NCBI GenBank assembly: GCA_032718475.1
Contig: JAUCBJ010005005.1
Location: 4,528-68,527, forward strand
Direction of reading: 5' to 3'
Source: Nemertoderma westbladi
Taxonomy: Eukaryota; Animalia; Xenacoelomorpha
DNA length: 64,000 bases
Shown: one piece after another, positions 25,835 to 36,929 of the stretch
Numbering within the stretch: position 1 is the first letter of the stretch
Layout of the letters: each line of letters starts with the position of its first letter
Program-made: the position numbers and the translations under genes
Notes under the pieces: model-generated
Databases searched by the model: none
Seen by the model: only the letters and a program-made list of their open reading frames with translations
What the model was told of the DNA's origin: nothing

Positions 25835-25846
25835 TATATCCGTTAT
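25835..25846 (-). other. Element B non-tRNA primer-binding site ATAACGGATATA
   Basis: Abuts the 5' LTR; exact complement of the sense LTR segment at 26572-26583 (5583-5594 in the 3' LTR). Confidence 0.8.
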
Positions 25847-27014
25847 TGTTCGCGCTTTCAGACCTTTAGCAGTTTAACCTGCCAAATTTGGATGTCTTTT
25901 AAATGATAGATAGTCTTTAGCCTATGACAAGTATTTGATACACTACATTAGCCGAATCCAGTCCACGCGCGATCATTCACCCGCTGGATATACCCGGGAG
26001 ACTGGATTCGGAAGCCCAACCGTATTGCGGGGTAGGCCTACTGTATTATTCGACTGATCGTAATATATATAATCTCTGACAAATATTATTCACTTTAGGG
26101 AAATATTAACAGTTCCTTTAGGACGTGGCGCTTTAAATATATAAACAGAGTTATGACTTAAACTAGACACAACGGGATGGCTATAGATTCACGTATATGG
26201 CGCATTCTTTAGGAGATGCTTCGTTATCAATCACAATCATACACAATACTGCACAATGCTGCACACTAATCTGCCGACCTTCACTAATTTTAGTCACATA
26301 TAAGGAGAACAACAGACAATACGTGTAGGGCCTATAAAATAGCATTAGATTCACTTCAAACCACTTAATGTAAGTCGCAATCGTTATATGTATCCGGTCT
26401 CTCTAACCTTTAGTATATCAAGAAGATTGGGGTGTCTGATTGTTTATCAGTATTCCAAATATAATATTCCATCAACAAATATAATGAATAACCGACAGTA
26501 AATAGCAGTACGAAACACGGATTGAGTTAAGTAAGTTGTGTTGTGGTATGAGTTCAGTGAGGTATGTTGTGATAACGGATATACGTTCTATAATTAAGCC
26601 TACTAATGTTGAGCTAAAGACTGAAACACGGAGGTTCCACGCCGGTGTTGTAGGCTGTGGACAAAATCACATACTGACTCACTTCACTAGTTTCTATATA
26701 CAATCTCCAACACAGAGGCAAAAAACGCTCTGATTGGTCGACCGAACAAAGAGAGAACAAAGAACAAAGAGATGTTCCACGTAGCAATATCAGCTGTTAG
26801 CCGTCGTCATGGTAGCTACACTGTTTCAAGAGGATCCGGCGTATTGCGTCATAGAATTGCTAATCATGTCCGCTAAAGTACACATACAGAAGAAATGGCT
26901 TTTATGTCCTCTAAAACAACAATACAGTAAGGACACGGCCTTTTATGCCTGTTAAACCAACTACAGAGTACTTTACGGGGAAAATAACCGGCTAATTACG
27001 CAAAAGCCTTTACA
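25847..27014 (-). repeat. Element B 5' LTR (1168 bp)
   Basis: Repeat of 4858-6026; CCAAT, TATATAGAA and TCAGT on the minus strand. Confidence 0.95.
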
Positions 27015-27019
27015 ATCTC

Positions 27020-27876
27020 CGACAACTATATTTACTTTCAGGGAAATATTAGCAGTTCCATTGAGATATGGCGCTTTAAGTATCACGCAGAGTTATGACT
27101 GACACTAATTACAATGAATGGTCATGAGACTACACAGTATTTACATTGTTTAGGAATGTATAATTATTCGCTCGCATTTCTACACTCACGTCACTGACAA
27201 TAGTACTGAAACACACTAATTTGCCGTCTGTCACTGATTTTAGTCATATATAAGGAGGATTGCAACTCACATGCGTTGGGGTTATGAAATAGCATTAAAT
27301 TCATACAGACCACTATAAATTAGGCCACAATTGCTACTGATACACCCTTCTGCTTACCTCAGTAATTAAGAAAGTTAAGGGGGATTTAACGATTATTCAT
27401 CAGTATTCTCCAAATATTAGCAGTAATCAAATAGGTTACAAACACAGTATTATAACAATATAAACAATATAAGTTACGCGGTATGCCGCATTTAATCATC
27501 AGTCAGATGTTGTGTTAGAGAGTGTAAAGAGAGAGATAATTTACTGTGTTTTATAATTCTCTGACACTCTAGCCACAGATGGTCCATTGGGCAAAGTCAG
27601 AAATGTTAGAATGAATGATTGAATGAGTTCTGAAAGAAATTTGCCGCATTGCGTCATTTTACATAGGCTACAGAGCACAGGTAAAGGGAGATCGCGCTGA
27701 TTGGCTGAAATATGTCAACAAATAACACAGGTCCTAAGCACAAAGAAACAGCTGGTAGATTTCGTCATCTCAGCTCTGAGTTTGGACAAACGCTTAGTTG
27801 CATAAGTTTATAGGTCCTTTAGAGTATTTCAGCGCATCGCTCAAAATGACTTATTTTGCCCGCAAAAGCTTTTACA
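27020..27876 (-). repeat. Element C 3' LTR, part 2
   Basis: Diverged homolog of the B LTR; ends AAAAGCTTTTACA, followed by the same PPT motif CCGCTCTCAGAAAATGGGA. Confidence 0.85.
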
Positions 27877-28833
27877 CCGCTCTCAGAAAATGGGATTTAA
27901 GTCTATAAAATAGACATAAAATCACAGTTCCTAATATAAAAATACTCTAAACTATCAGTCCTTCTTTCACGAATGGCGTTTACGGAGTTTCTTAAAACTT
28001 GCGATAGTCTTTTTCTCCTTGGGGCGAGCCACTTTACTAGGAGGGCTATAACTCCTGGGGGAAGGGTGCAATACTATTACATCGGAAGGGTTAGGATTGC
28101 AGTCGGTGTATCCGCCGGTCGAGGTATCCGGTTGATCGATATCCATATCGGGGGATTGGGATTGAACAACCTTTAGGGCTCGTTTCAGGACAGCAGCTCT
28201 TACTGGTCCTTGATTGGTTGTCTGTACGACAGTGGTAGGTCGACCGTACGTAGTAAGGAATTTTCTCGGTTTAATCGTTCTTTCTAATTCGTGCTCCCTT
28301 GCTTTGTATTCATATGGTCGCCTATGAACTTCTTGTAATTCCGGGTGTGCGTTTATGAATAACTCACCGTATTCTTTCTTCCTCGAACAATACATATAAA
28401 TTCTAATGGACTATTCGAGTTTTAATAAATCCATCGAGGTTATATGGAGGTATTATTATGTCATTTTCTATTCTGGAGATGTTATAAGGTTTTCTAAATG
28501 AGTTTGCTTTAACTAATTGGTCAAAATGTTTTGGTAGTTGTTCAAGTTCAACAAGATCTAGGGGATTTATCAATGGTAGAAACTTTAAACTATGTGTAGG
28601 ATCTTCGGGTTTCACCATATAATATTGAGCTAAGTGGACATAGTAGGGGTGGTCTTTGATCCCGTAAAATGAGTTCTGTAAAGGTCTAGCGCGTATGTTA
28701 ACCTCGTGTACCATACGACGGACAAGGTCTGCTCGATTGTCCAGAGGTTCACCGAGTATACCGTCGACACGAGCAGCTTCAATCTGCGCACGTTGTAACA
28801 TAGGAGCGTCAGCGATAATATCTCGAGATCTAA
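27877..28833 (-). pseudogene. Element C accessory ORF remnant (3' part; exonuclease/knuckle region deleted)
   Basis: ORFs 27967..28395 and 28403..28801 closely match B 6105..6638 and 15535..16434. Confidence 0.85.
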
Positions 28834-30809
28834 CCGTTTAACGCCCATTGCACCTTAAATGGAACATGGCATTTGGAGAGACATGGGCGGCTGCTGCTTT
28901 GAAAAAAACGTGATTTTTTTTTGATATGAGTAAATTACATGTTTCCTCACATAATCACACCTTACTTGACCAAATTTTATCAATTTCAAAACTGGAAAAT
29001 GCCTGTTGAAAAGTGAAATTTTTGAAAAATTTAGGTGTCTTTTTGAATCTTAAAATTATGAGATGTAAGCAAGCAAGCAAGCAAACAGTCGGCCGAAGCC
29101 GGAGGCGACCCGAAGGCTCCTCTTTCGATAGCTGCTACCCGAGGGTAGGGGTGGGCGCTACTCCTATCCCAAGATTTGCTCCCAGTTATTTAACTGGTAC
29201 TCATTTTATCGACCCCAATGGATGAAAGGCTTAGTGGACCATGAGATGTGGGATGGTCAACAATTTTCGAAAATTAGCTTTCCTGTTGGCCTGAATGCTA
29301 TTTTAATCATTTTTATCAGTATTAGCTTTCAAATTTTTATTTAACAATGTTTAATACAGCAGCAAAGTGAAATGTTCCATTCAAGGTGCGTTGGGACTTC
29401 AAACTCATTTTTTTTTACATTTTTTTTAAAATTGCTTCACATAGTCCACATTCTACACCTGACTCGAATAAATTGCATTTTCTTGACCTGATTTTGATTA
29501 ACTTTGAAAAAATGTCTACAAGTTCTCCAAAAGACCAGTGGAAATGTGAAGAACATAACTCGATTGTCGAGTGTACTGTACCGTACATTGTATAGGTCTA
29601 TACTGTAGGTACAGTCAAGGCCTAGATACGGCAGAACACAGTGTAGATTAGTATATTTTTTAGCTAGTTTGTATTAGGCCTACTATTTTTTTTTTTTCAA
29701 TGTAACAATATTTTTTAAGATTATATATATAAGAAAGGACAAACGAAGAGACAGCAGAAACAAGTGGGGTGAACCCGACCCCGGAGCTGTGACACTCACG
29801 ATCTTCCGCTCCCGGCCTCAGTAAGGGCATGTCCAGGTTTGCTGGGTGGTGGGGACAGGAAAAGCGGAGGTTGATGCCCTCTCGGGTTCCTCTGCAGATG
29901 TGGAGAGGGAGGTTAGGGCAGGATCTAGGTGTGGGATGGCTGGTTGGTGGCCAAGGATGAGGGAAATAAGGGGTCCAGCCCTTCAAACGGAGTCTACATA
30001 TGCAGCTGGTACATGGTCAGTTGCCTTGCGCAGGCCTAGACCCCCCATAGCGGGTGGAAAGCATGCATTGTTGTATGACCAGTGGGAGAGCGAACCTCCG
30101 ACCAGGTCAGACAAGGAGTCACGCATGATGAGGTCAAATTCCAAGGAATACTGCACTACCAGAGATGGAGGGCAACAGCGCAGGGCGAAGACGACCTTGG
30201 GGCAAGCAGGAGCGGAGGAGGGCAGTTTCTATCTGCGAGTCCTGCAGGTCTGGCAGGCATGCAATTATGGCACGGACCTTTATTGATCCGTCCCATAACA
30301 GTATAAGGATCAGCATCAGTATATCGGAACAGCAGTACTTTGCACAATGTGCACAATGAACTTCTTGATACAAAAGTCGAGAACTTTATAGGCCTAGTAT
30401 GGTATGGTATAGTATAGTATAGTATGTGTACTTTGCATGTGTAGGCCCACTCTAGAGGCAAGGCATTACGCATTATATACTATACCTATAGGCCTATAAA
30501 CGGAACTCGATAAACCGAAAGTAAATCTGACAGAACATCCCTGATAAACGGCTACCGGAACCTATCTTAACAACAGTAACTTTTTTCCAGTTAGTTTATA
30601 TCAGTAAGCCGATGACCTGCTTATCCATACTGTAGCTGCATAGCCTAACTAAGTGCAGTAGCTTCTGAGCAATCAATGGGGTCCTATATAATTTATGTTA
30701 TTTATTTATTTATGTTTTTTTGCAAAAGTGTAAAAGTAAAGTTACTTTATTGGGCCATTTTGAGATAGTTTCCAAAATATGAAACATTTTTTAAGTGGGC
30801 GTTAAATGG
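28834..30809 (+). mobile_element. Non-autonomous piggyBac-like DNA transposon inserted in C
   Basis: TIRs CCGTTTAACGCCCA / TGGGCGTTAAATGG; flanks (T)TAA; degenerate Cys-rich remnant (RRRAVSICESC) at ~30150-30260; C ORF resumes on both sides. Confidence 0.7.
29085..29240 (-). mobile_element. SINE fragment (Meta-domain-like core)
   Basis: GGTACTCATTTTATCGACCCC..GGATGAAAGGCT core as recalled from metazoan SINEs; adjacent (AAGC)n tail. Confidence 0.55.
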
Positions 30810-30813
30810 TTAA

Positions 30814-31489
30814 GTTGATATCAACCGGTTGAGGTTGTGCTGTCGCGAAGAGTATATTTCCGAACTGAGGAACCATCGAAGGATGAATGATGGTTTTGGA
30901 GTAGAGATCAGTCATAAGTATCTGTGCTTCAGGTTGAGCTAAAGCTACTTCTTCTCTCTCGTCCATTTCGAAATGTTTCTCCTCTAGCTGATTCTCCTCT
31001 GCTTGTCTTTTAAACCGTTCGCACAAGAACTCTTGTAACGAATATGTACATCCAAGTTCAACATCTCCCTCCAGATTTTCGATTTCTCGATCAAACTGAG
31101 GTAAAGCTAATTCTTTTACCGCTTGTACTTGTTGATGTAATCTATGTTTGTCTAAACAATCATAGGTTTCTTTTCTGATCTTTTGCCGAATTGCGTCCAT
31201 TGCGTTCCATATGACACTTTCGTCCACTTCGGTTACAGATTGTATCGGAGTCAAACCGGGATGAATATACGGGTTGAATGGAGATATTAGATGCCCAGTG
31301 GGCATCTATCAGTGGACGTCCCAATCCGGCTTGGTAGGAAGGGCTAATATCCAAGGAGCCCACAACCGGAGTGCCACTGACCAATTGTTTGGATAGCACC
31401 AGATCTTTGAACAACGAGTACAACTCAGTAGGATCTGTCATACTGTCAGGGTCGAGAGTCTGCGGTCGCACCGGGGAATAAGGAGGTCT
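30814..31489 (-). pseudogene. Element C accessory ORF remnant (middle)
   Basis: ORFs 30802..31305 and 31160..31495 match B 16050-16705. Confidence 0.85.
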
Positions 31490-31494
31490 GACCA

Positions 31495-33387
31495 TATTGG
31501 AAGAGACAGCAACAATACCTGCAATATCCTACTGTAAAGTTTGTGAATCAAATCATAAATCCGACCTTCTCACCAAAACAGTAAACTCTAAGTAAGCGAA
31601 TATATTGCAGTATCGATCTCTTATAACCGGTGAGGCAGAAAACAGTCTACGAGCAGACAAACTTCGATGAAACAAAATCCCGCGCAGCGAATCCTAAAAT
31701 CAGGCTGACTCACTGACGGACTAAGGGGCTCGTATACTTTGCCGCGGTGTGATTTATATGGTTGGGCGAAAGAGACGCTAGCTAGGTACAGAGGCAGAGA
31801 TTTGGAGATGTCTAACTAGCGGGCAAAGCACAGTACGGACAAAAGTTAATTTTATATATTTTGAGGTGTAAATAATTTCTAACGCGCGTGTTAATTCTGA
31901 ACGGTCAAAAGCAGTTTTGCTCCTTCACATATATAATTACTGGGTACGGTGTGCATTTTACGAATATTCTAATTTTGTAACTCGTAGGTCCAATACTCAC
32001 GAATGATAAGGTTCCTTCCCCTCTTGCGTATTTCCAGGACTCAAATTCAGGCATAAGGTTAATGCTACGCCCAGAATTCGGCAATTTTAGGTACCAGGTC
32101 CCTGATACTAAGAAGAGATGTGTTAGTTTACTACTGTAGGCGTACAGTTACTAATAGCTATCCTGGCTCCTATCTAGAATTTTAGTCACCCAGGTAGTCC
32201 GGGTAACTTCCTATTAGGGCGTTGGCGGGGACACGGTAGATGTTAGTATCCCTAATAGCCTCAATTTATTTGCGCCTAGCTGTAAACTGCCCTACCGCCT
32301 GAACGGTACAATCCCAATTCAGGTGAAAACACAGCAACCCCTCTAGCCTACAAGTTCTAATGCAATGGACACCGTTGTACTACAAATAGTCGCACACGCA
32401 CCTGCACTTAGCAAGAGTTAGGCGTACAGTTTGCTGCACCCTACCAATTTGTATGCTTCGTACCAGTGTGCCTACGTCCTATCTGCGTACTAGTATCTGC
32501 CTGCTCTTTCCCTCTCCCCCCGTAGGAATGTGAAGGTCTACTGTGGGTTTTCCTGAATCAAGACAGTACAGTCCCTAAGATGTAATTTTAGGCTCACAGC
32601 GTGTCACTACTTCTACCTTTTGATCTTTTGGTCTTACACTTAGGTAGCAAGGCGTCGAACGCTGTCTAACCTTTCAGGCGATGGGTGAATAACTCAAGAT
32701 GGTATTGCGGGTTGTCTCTTGTCTACATTCCCCCGATGTTCCCGTTCATTGCTGCGGCCCGATCTCTAGCTGGCCATCCTGTCCCTTAGCTGGGTTCACC
32801 GTAGTGAATCATGGTAAAACAGATAGAAAAAAGCAGATTAGCGATAATTCTGACTTTATTACAGAAGATATAATTATAATACAATGTAATCTGAAATAAA
32901 CTAAGCACGACAGAATTAAAGTGATGTGTGTGATAGATATTGAATGAGATAACTAATGAACAAATCGCACCTTTATATACTAAATTTGTGCCGCAATCAA
33001 TCGAGAAAATTCTCGATTGTTCTATAGGTTCTAACAGGTTTTTAAAGATAGCTATTGGTCCAGCTAATATATAACTTGCACGACATTGGTTACAATCAAA
33101 TAACTACAGTCTCATTGGTACAGACAAATGCAATTAATTTGTAGCGGTTAATTTAAATGAGTTGAAATTCTGCACAAAAATAATTCGCACTTACTAGGAT
33201 TCGAACTCAATACCTACTACACATATAATTTCCAACGCTCTACCGACTGAGCTACTGAACCACTTGACCAATAGGCGTATAAATAGAAATAGCAATACAA
33301 ATGAGGACTCAAAGCAATCTTTACAAAGTTAATTCGAATAAAATAAAATTTTGAAAATCCACGGCATTTAGGGAATATAATTCTATA
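31495..33387 (-). repeat. Element A 3' LTR (1893 bp, TA...TA termini)
   Basis: About 4 substitutions and one 20-bp indel versus the 5' LTR (by eye). Confidence 0.95.
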
Positions 33388-34121
33388 CCGCTCCATGAAA
33401 ACAGGATATTATCGTGCATAAAATATACGGTTTTCACCAATAATCAATCAAACTATAGAGTACTTAGGGCGTACTTACATATTTACAATTAAATTTCAAA
33501 CAATACTTCCTTTCTACGTAATGATTCGATACAAAAATAATTACAAATTCAAACTTTACGTATTTAAGGCTTTATTAAGTAAGTACAATATAAATCTAAA
33601 TTAAATTCACCAATATAAATCTATTGCATCTCAATATTGCATAAATTCAAACAATTACAAATATATTGCATCTCAAATATTGCATAAATTCAAACAATTA
33701 CAAATACAAATAAATGAAAACAATAAGAAAGGCTCGCGAGTCTTCCATCTACTATTACTTTCTGTTTCACTGTAAATACTGCCTATAAAATGTAAATTGC
33801 ATAATATTCGGAACAATATAAATTGCATAAGTTCGGAATAATTACAAATATAAAATATAAATTCTTACAAATATAAGTCTTACTAAATATAAGTATAAAC
33901 TGCATAAGTTTAGAATAATATAAACTCCTTTGCATCTCAAATATGAAACATAAATCTTTCAAATATAAGTTCCTTCTAAATATAAACTTTCTAAATTTCA
34001 TAAATTCGGAACAATACAAATTGCTTAAGTTCGGAATAAACACAAATATAAATATAAATTCAAATAAATCACAAATCATAAGAAAGGCTCACGAGTCTTC
34101 CGTCCACCCTTGCCCTCCCTT

Positions 34122-36929
34122 TTATCGCTTAGTGGATCGAGCCCTGCCGCGTCCTCGAAAACTGCGCACAGGTGACTTTGCTCGCGATATGGGACTCGTG
34201 GGGCGAGTCACTGGTTTCGTTTGGACGTTGAGAGACGGTGCGACCATTTCCTCGCAAATTCGTCTATTTGGCATCCCAAAACTTCGACCGATTCCTCGTG
34301 ACCGATCAGTTGTCACTACAGTTGGTAGAACGTCTGGGAACGCGCGAGAAGCGGACGACGCAGACCCAAGAGTAGCTTGCGCCCCCTGTTGATCAGCTGG
34401 TGTATGTCCCGATCCTCCTACTGGTTCTCTAGGAAGCGATACCGTATCCCGAGTAATTCGAATGGTCGGCTCAACTCCCTTGCGTTCTTCTACATTAATA
34501 ATTTTCTTTAATTGTTGGCCCACTTTCTGGACCCGTATGATCCTACCCTGTCCGTCCTCCCGAGGGTGACGTGCAGACGGCGCAACCGGAGTGGCTGGTA
34601 TATTTGTCGCCTCTAGGACCTCTTCTTCCTCGAATACGCTCGCTCGTATACGTTTATGGTAAAACGCGGCTCGGTACGCCCATGCGACGGTTAACCAAGC
34701 TCCTTTGTTCCGCTTTTCAGTTCGGAAACGATCGAATTCACCATACGTAATGCGATTAACGACTTTCTGAAAATTCCACGTGTTTTTGTTATCCGGGTGA
34801 ATCTGTAGTAGATACTCGCGCACCACTCGGAATCCGCTGTCGTGGGGCAAAATATCGACAACCTCGATAAGTTCGTCATATTGGGGCATAGCGGAGATGT
34901 ATCCTTCCGACATCATCGTTTGGGGATTTACCGCCCAAAATCCAAGATGCGCTCTCATCGGAAACCGTCTTCTTTGTGCTGATACATGTTCGTCGGCTAA
35001 ATCTTCCCACTCATCAAATAACTTCCTCACGAGTTTTACAGATTCGTGTTCATAAGGTATATCTCTTAGTTGGCATTCAGATGCTCGATGTCCTTTTATA
35101 TTGCAGTAAGTACATTGAGCCATAAATCTCCAGCAAGTATAAAAGGTATGAGACCCTTGATCCCCACACCATCCACAGATTAGCTGAGTCGTAGTAATGT
35201 GCTTTCCACTGCACTTTGTCATATGATGTCCAGCGACGCCACATTTACTACACATCGTATTGGCAGGGTACCACACTCGTTCGTATATAAGATCTCCAAT
35301 CGGTCGAGCGCTTCCTCCCACACTATAATCGTAATCATCTGGGTCTATGGGTTGGTAGGTTTCTGAAGGTTGTATACAAACTATAGCATCTGTTGCTTCA
35401 AGTTGTCGAATCTCCGTCTGAGATTTCTTCGGGAGGTTCCTTTCTATCTCAAGAAGTTCCTCTAAAGGATCATCGGCGATCGTAGTAGTTACTTCGAAAT
35501 CATCACCAAGGTGACCGATAGGCGCGCGCGTCTGCCGTGATTCTTCCGTAATCTCCACGATACGTTCTCCTTCATAGGGTAACAATGTAAACATAGATGG
35601 TCTTTCGATAAGAGATCCCGCACAGCGAAGATACACGTCTCGAAATATACTAAATCCTGCTCGAGTAAAGGCATTACACTGAGCGTCGGAGTTGTAGAAG
35701 GGTTCAAGGAATCGTCTAAACACGTCGGTACGAATTCTCCCTTCCATGTAGAACGTATGATCTTCTCCGAGACAAAGTGGATGTCTTTTGAGAGTCCGAG
35801 ACACAATGTCGGCGATTAGGCAAACATTCACTGACAACTCTATTGCTAAATAATATTGTAGGACCGCTCTTGGAGGTGACGTAATAGCCCAATACACGCA
35901 TCCTCTCCATTTAAGCTGTGATTCAAACTCACTCATATCTGGAGTATCACCTTCTCCATAAGTTTCAATATACTTGTTTCTCTTATTTTCCTTATAATCC
36001 CAATTGAATAACAGGTAGGAAATGTATCCAGTTCCAGTCTTCTGAGTATTATACTCACGAAAATATCCCTGTTCTATAGACCACAAAATAAGAGGTCGAG
36101 TGTCGACGTAAGGTGTCGGTAGTCGGTCATCGCTGTCCGTCATGCCGGCGAAGTCGCTAATTAAATCCTCCCTTACTCCTGATCCAATCTTTACAACAGT
36201 TTTATCTAAAATCATGTTTCTTACCATCTTCGGTAGCATTCTAGCGTCAATATTACAAGCTTGGTCCATCTTCTTTACTATGTCGGTGATAAGATGGTGT
36301 CGCTTTGTATTCGCTGGAGGTATCGGCATTCGTTTGTCGCTCCTCTGTCTACTGAAAACGTGCAGGACTCCGTCCGCCGCTCTAATTTGTATAGTCTTAG
36401 AAGTCAAACTCTTCTGATGACTGCCGCCCTCGTTATCGTAAAACATGTAACCGTTTTCCTGAAACGATCTAAATGTCCTATTCCATTCATCCAACAATTC
36501 TTCCGAAGGTTGCCAAATCTTCTCTATGTCCTTATCATCTTCGAAACGAATAACCTTACCTCGCCAATCTGCGGCAATATCTGTATCCGACTCGAAGGTT
36601 CCGGTTCCAATCCATAAACGAATCGTCTTGGTTAAATATCCTTTCAAATTACTCGGAGCTATATCGGCACCAGCTCTATCCAGTTCCTTGAAGTCTTGGA
36701 TATGAGGTGGGACGTTGTACACGACCTTTTGAGTAATATGTCTACGTAAATCATATATCTTGCTCATATCGCTGAAAACAACTGCAGGAAGAAACTCCAA
36801 GTTCGAAATGATTTCTGGATGATCCACGATGGGTATTTCGTACGTCGTATCCTGTCGGACTGGTATACTAATAGGGAAATTGAGTGTCGTACTCAATGGT
36901 TTCGTAGTTGATGTACTATACGGTTGCAT
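34122..36929 (-). CDS. Element A ORF3: DEDDy/WRN-like 3'-5' exonuclease domain plus three CCHC zinc knuckles
   Basis: 935-aa intact ORF; FYDNEGG, VVKIGSGVREDL, YVDTRPL, YLAIE; CSKCGVAGHHMTKC, CGWCGDQGSHTFYTC, CTYCNIKGHRASEC. Confidence 0.75.
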   Translation of the reverse strand: MQPYSTSTTKPLSTTLNFPISIPVRQDTTYEIPIVDHPEIISNLEFLPAVVFSDMSKIYDLRRHITQKVVYNVPPHIQDFKELDRAGADIAPSNLKGYLTKTIRLWIGTGTFESDTDIAADWRGKVIRFEDDKDIEKIWQPSEELLDEWNRTFRSFQENGYMFYDNEGGSHQKSLTSKTIQIRAADGVLHVFSRQRSDKRMPIPPANTKRHHLITDIVKKMDQACNIDARMLPKMVRNMILDKTVVKIGSGVREDLISDFAGMTDSDDRLPTPYVDTRPLILWSIEQGYFREYNTQKTGTGYISYLLFNWDYKENKRNKYIETYGEGDTPDMSEFESQLKWRGCVYWAITSPPRAVLQYYLAIELSVNVCLIADIVSRTLKRHPLCLGEDHTFYMEGRIRTDVFRRFLEPFYNSDAQCNAFTRAGFSIFRDVYLRCAGSLIERPSMFTLLPYEGERIVEITEESRQTRAPIGHLGDDFEVTTTIADDPLEELLEIERNLPKKSQTEIRQLEATDAIVCIQPSETYQPIDPDDYDYSVGGSARPIGDLIYERVWYPANTMCSKCGVAGHHMTKCSGKHITTTQLICGWCGDQGSHTFYTCWRFMAQCTYCNIKGHRASECQLRDIPYEHESVKLVRKLFDEWEDLADEHVSAQRRRFPMRAHLGFWAVNPQTMMSEGYISAMPQYDELIEVVDILPHDSGFRVVREYLLQIHPDNKNTWNFQKVVNRITYGEFDRFRTEKRNKGAWLTVAWAYRAAFYHKRIRASVFEEEEVLEATNIPATPVAPSARHPREDGQGRIIRVQKVGQQLKKIINVEERKGVEPTIRITRDTVSLPREPVGGSGHTPADQQGAQATLGSASSASRAFPDVLPTVVTTDRSRGIGRSFGMPNRRICEEMVAPSLNVQTKPVTRPTSPISRAKSPVRSFRGRGRARSTKR

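Larger units (their letters stand above)
4858..27014 (-). mobile_element. Element B: non-autonomous Bel/Pao LTR retrotransposon (gag-PR plus accessory ORF, no RT/RH/IN)
   Basis: TG...CA LTRs 4858-6026 and 25847-27014; TSD ATCTC at 4853-4857 and 27015-27019; Bel/Pao-type gag and protease. Confidence 0.93.
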
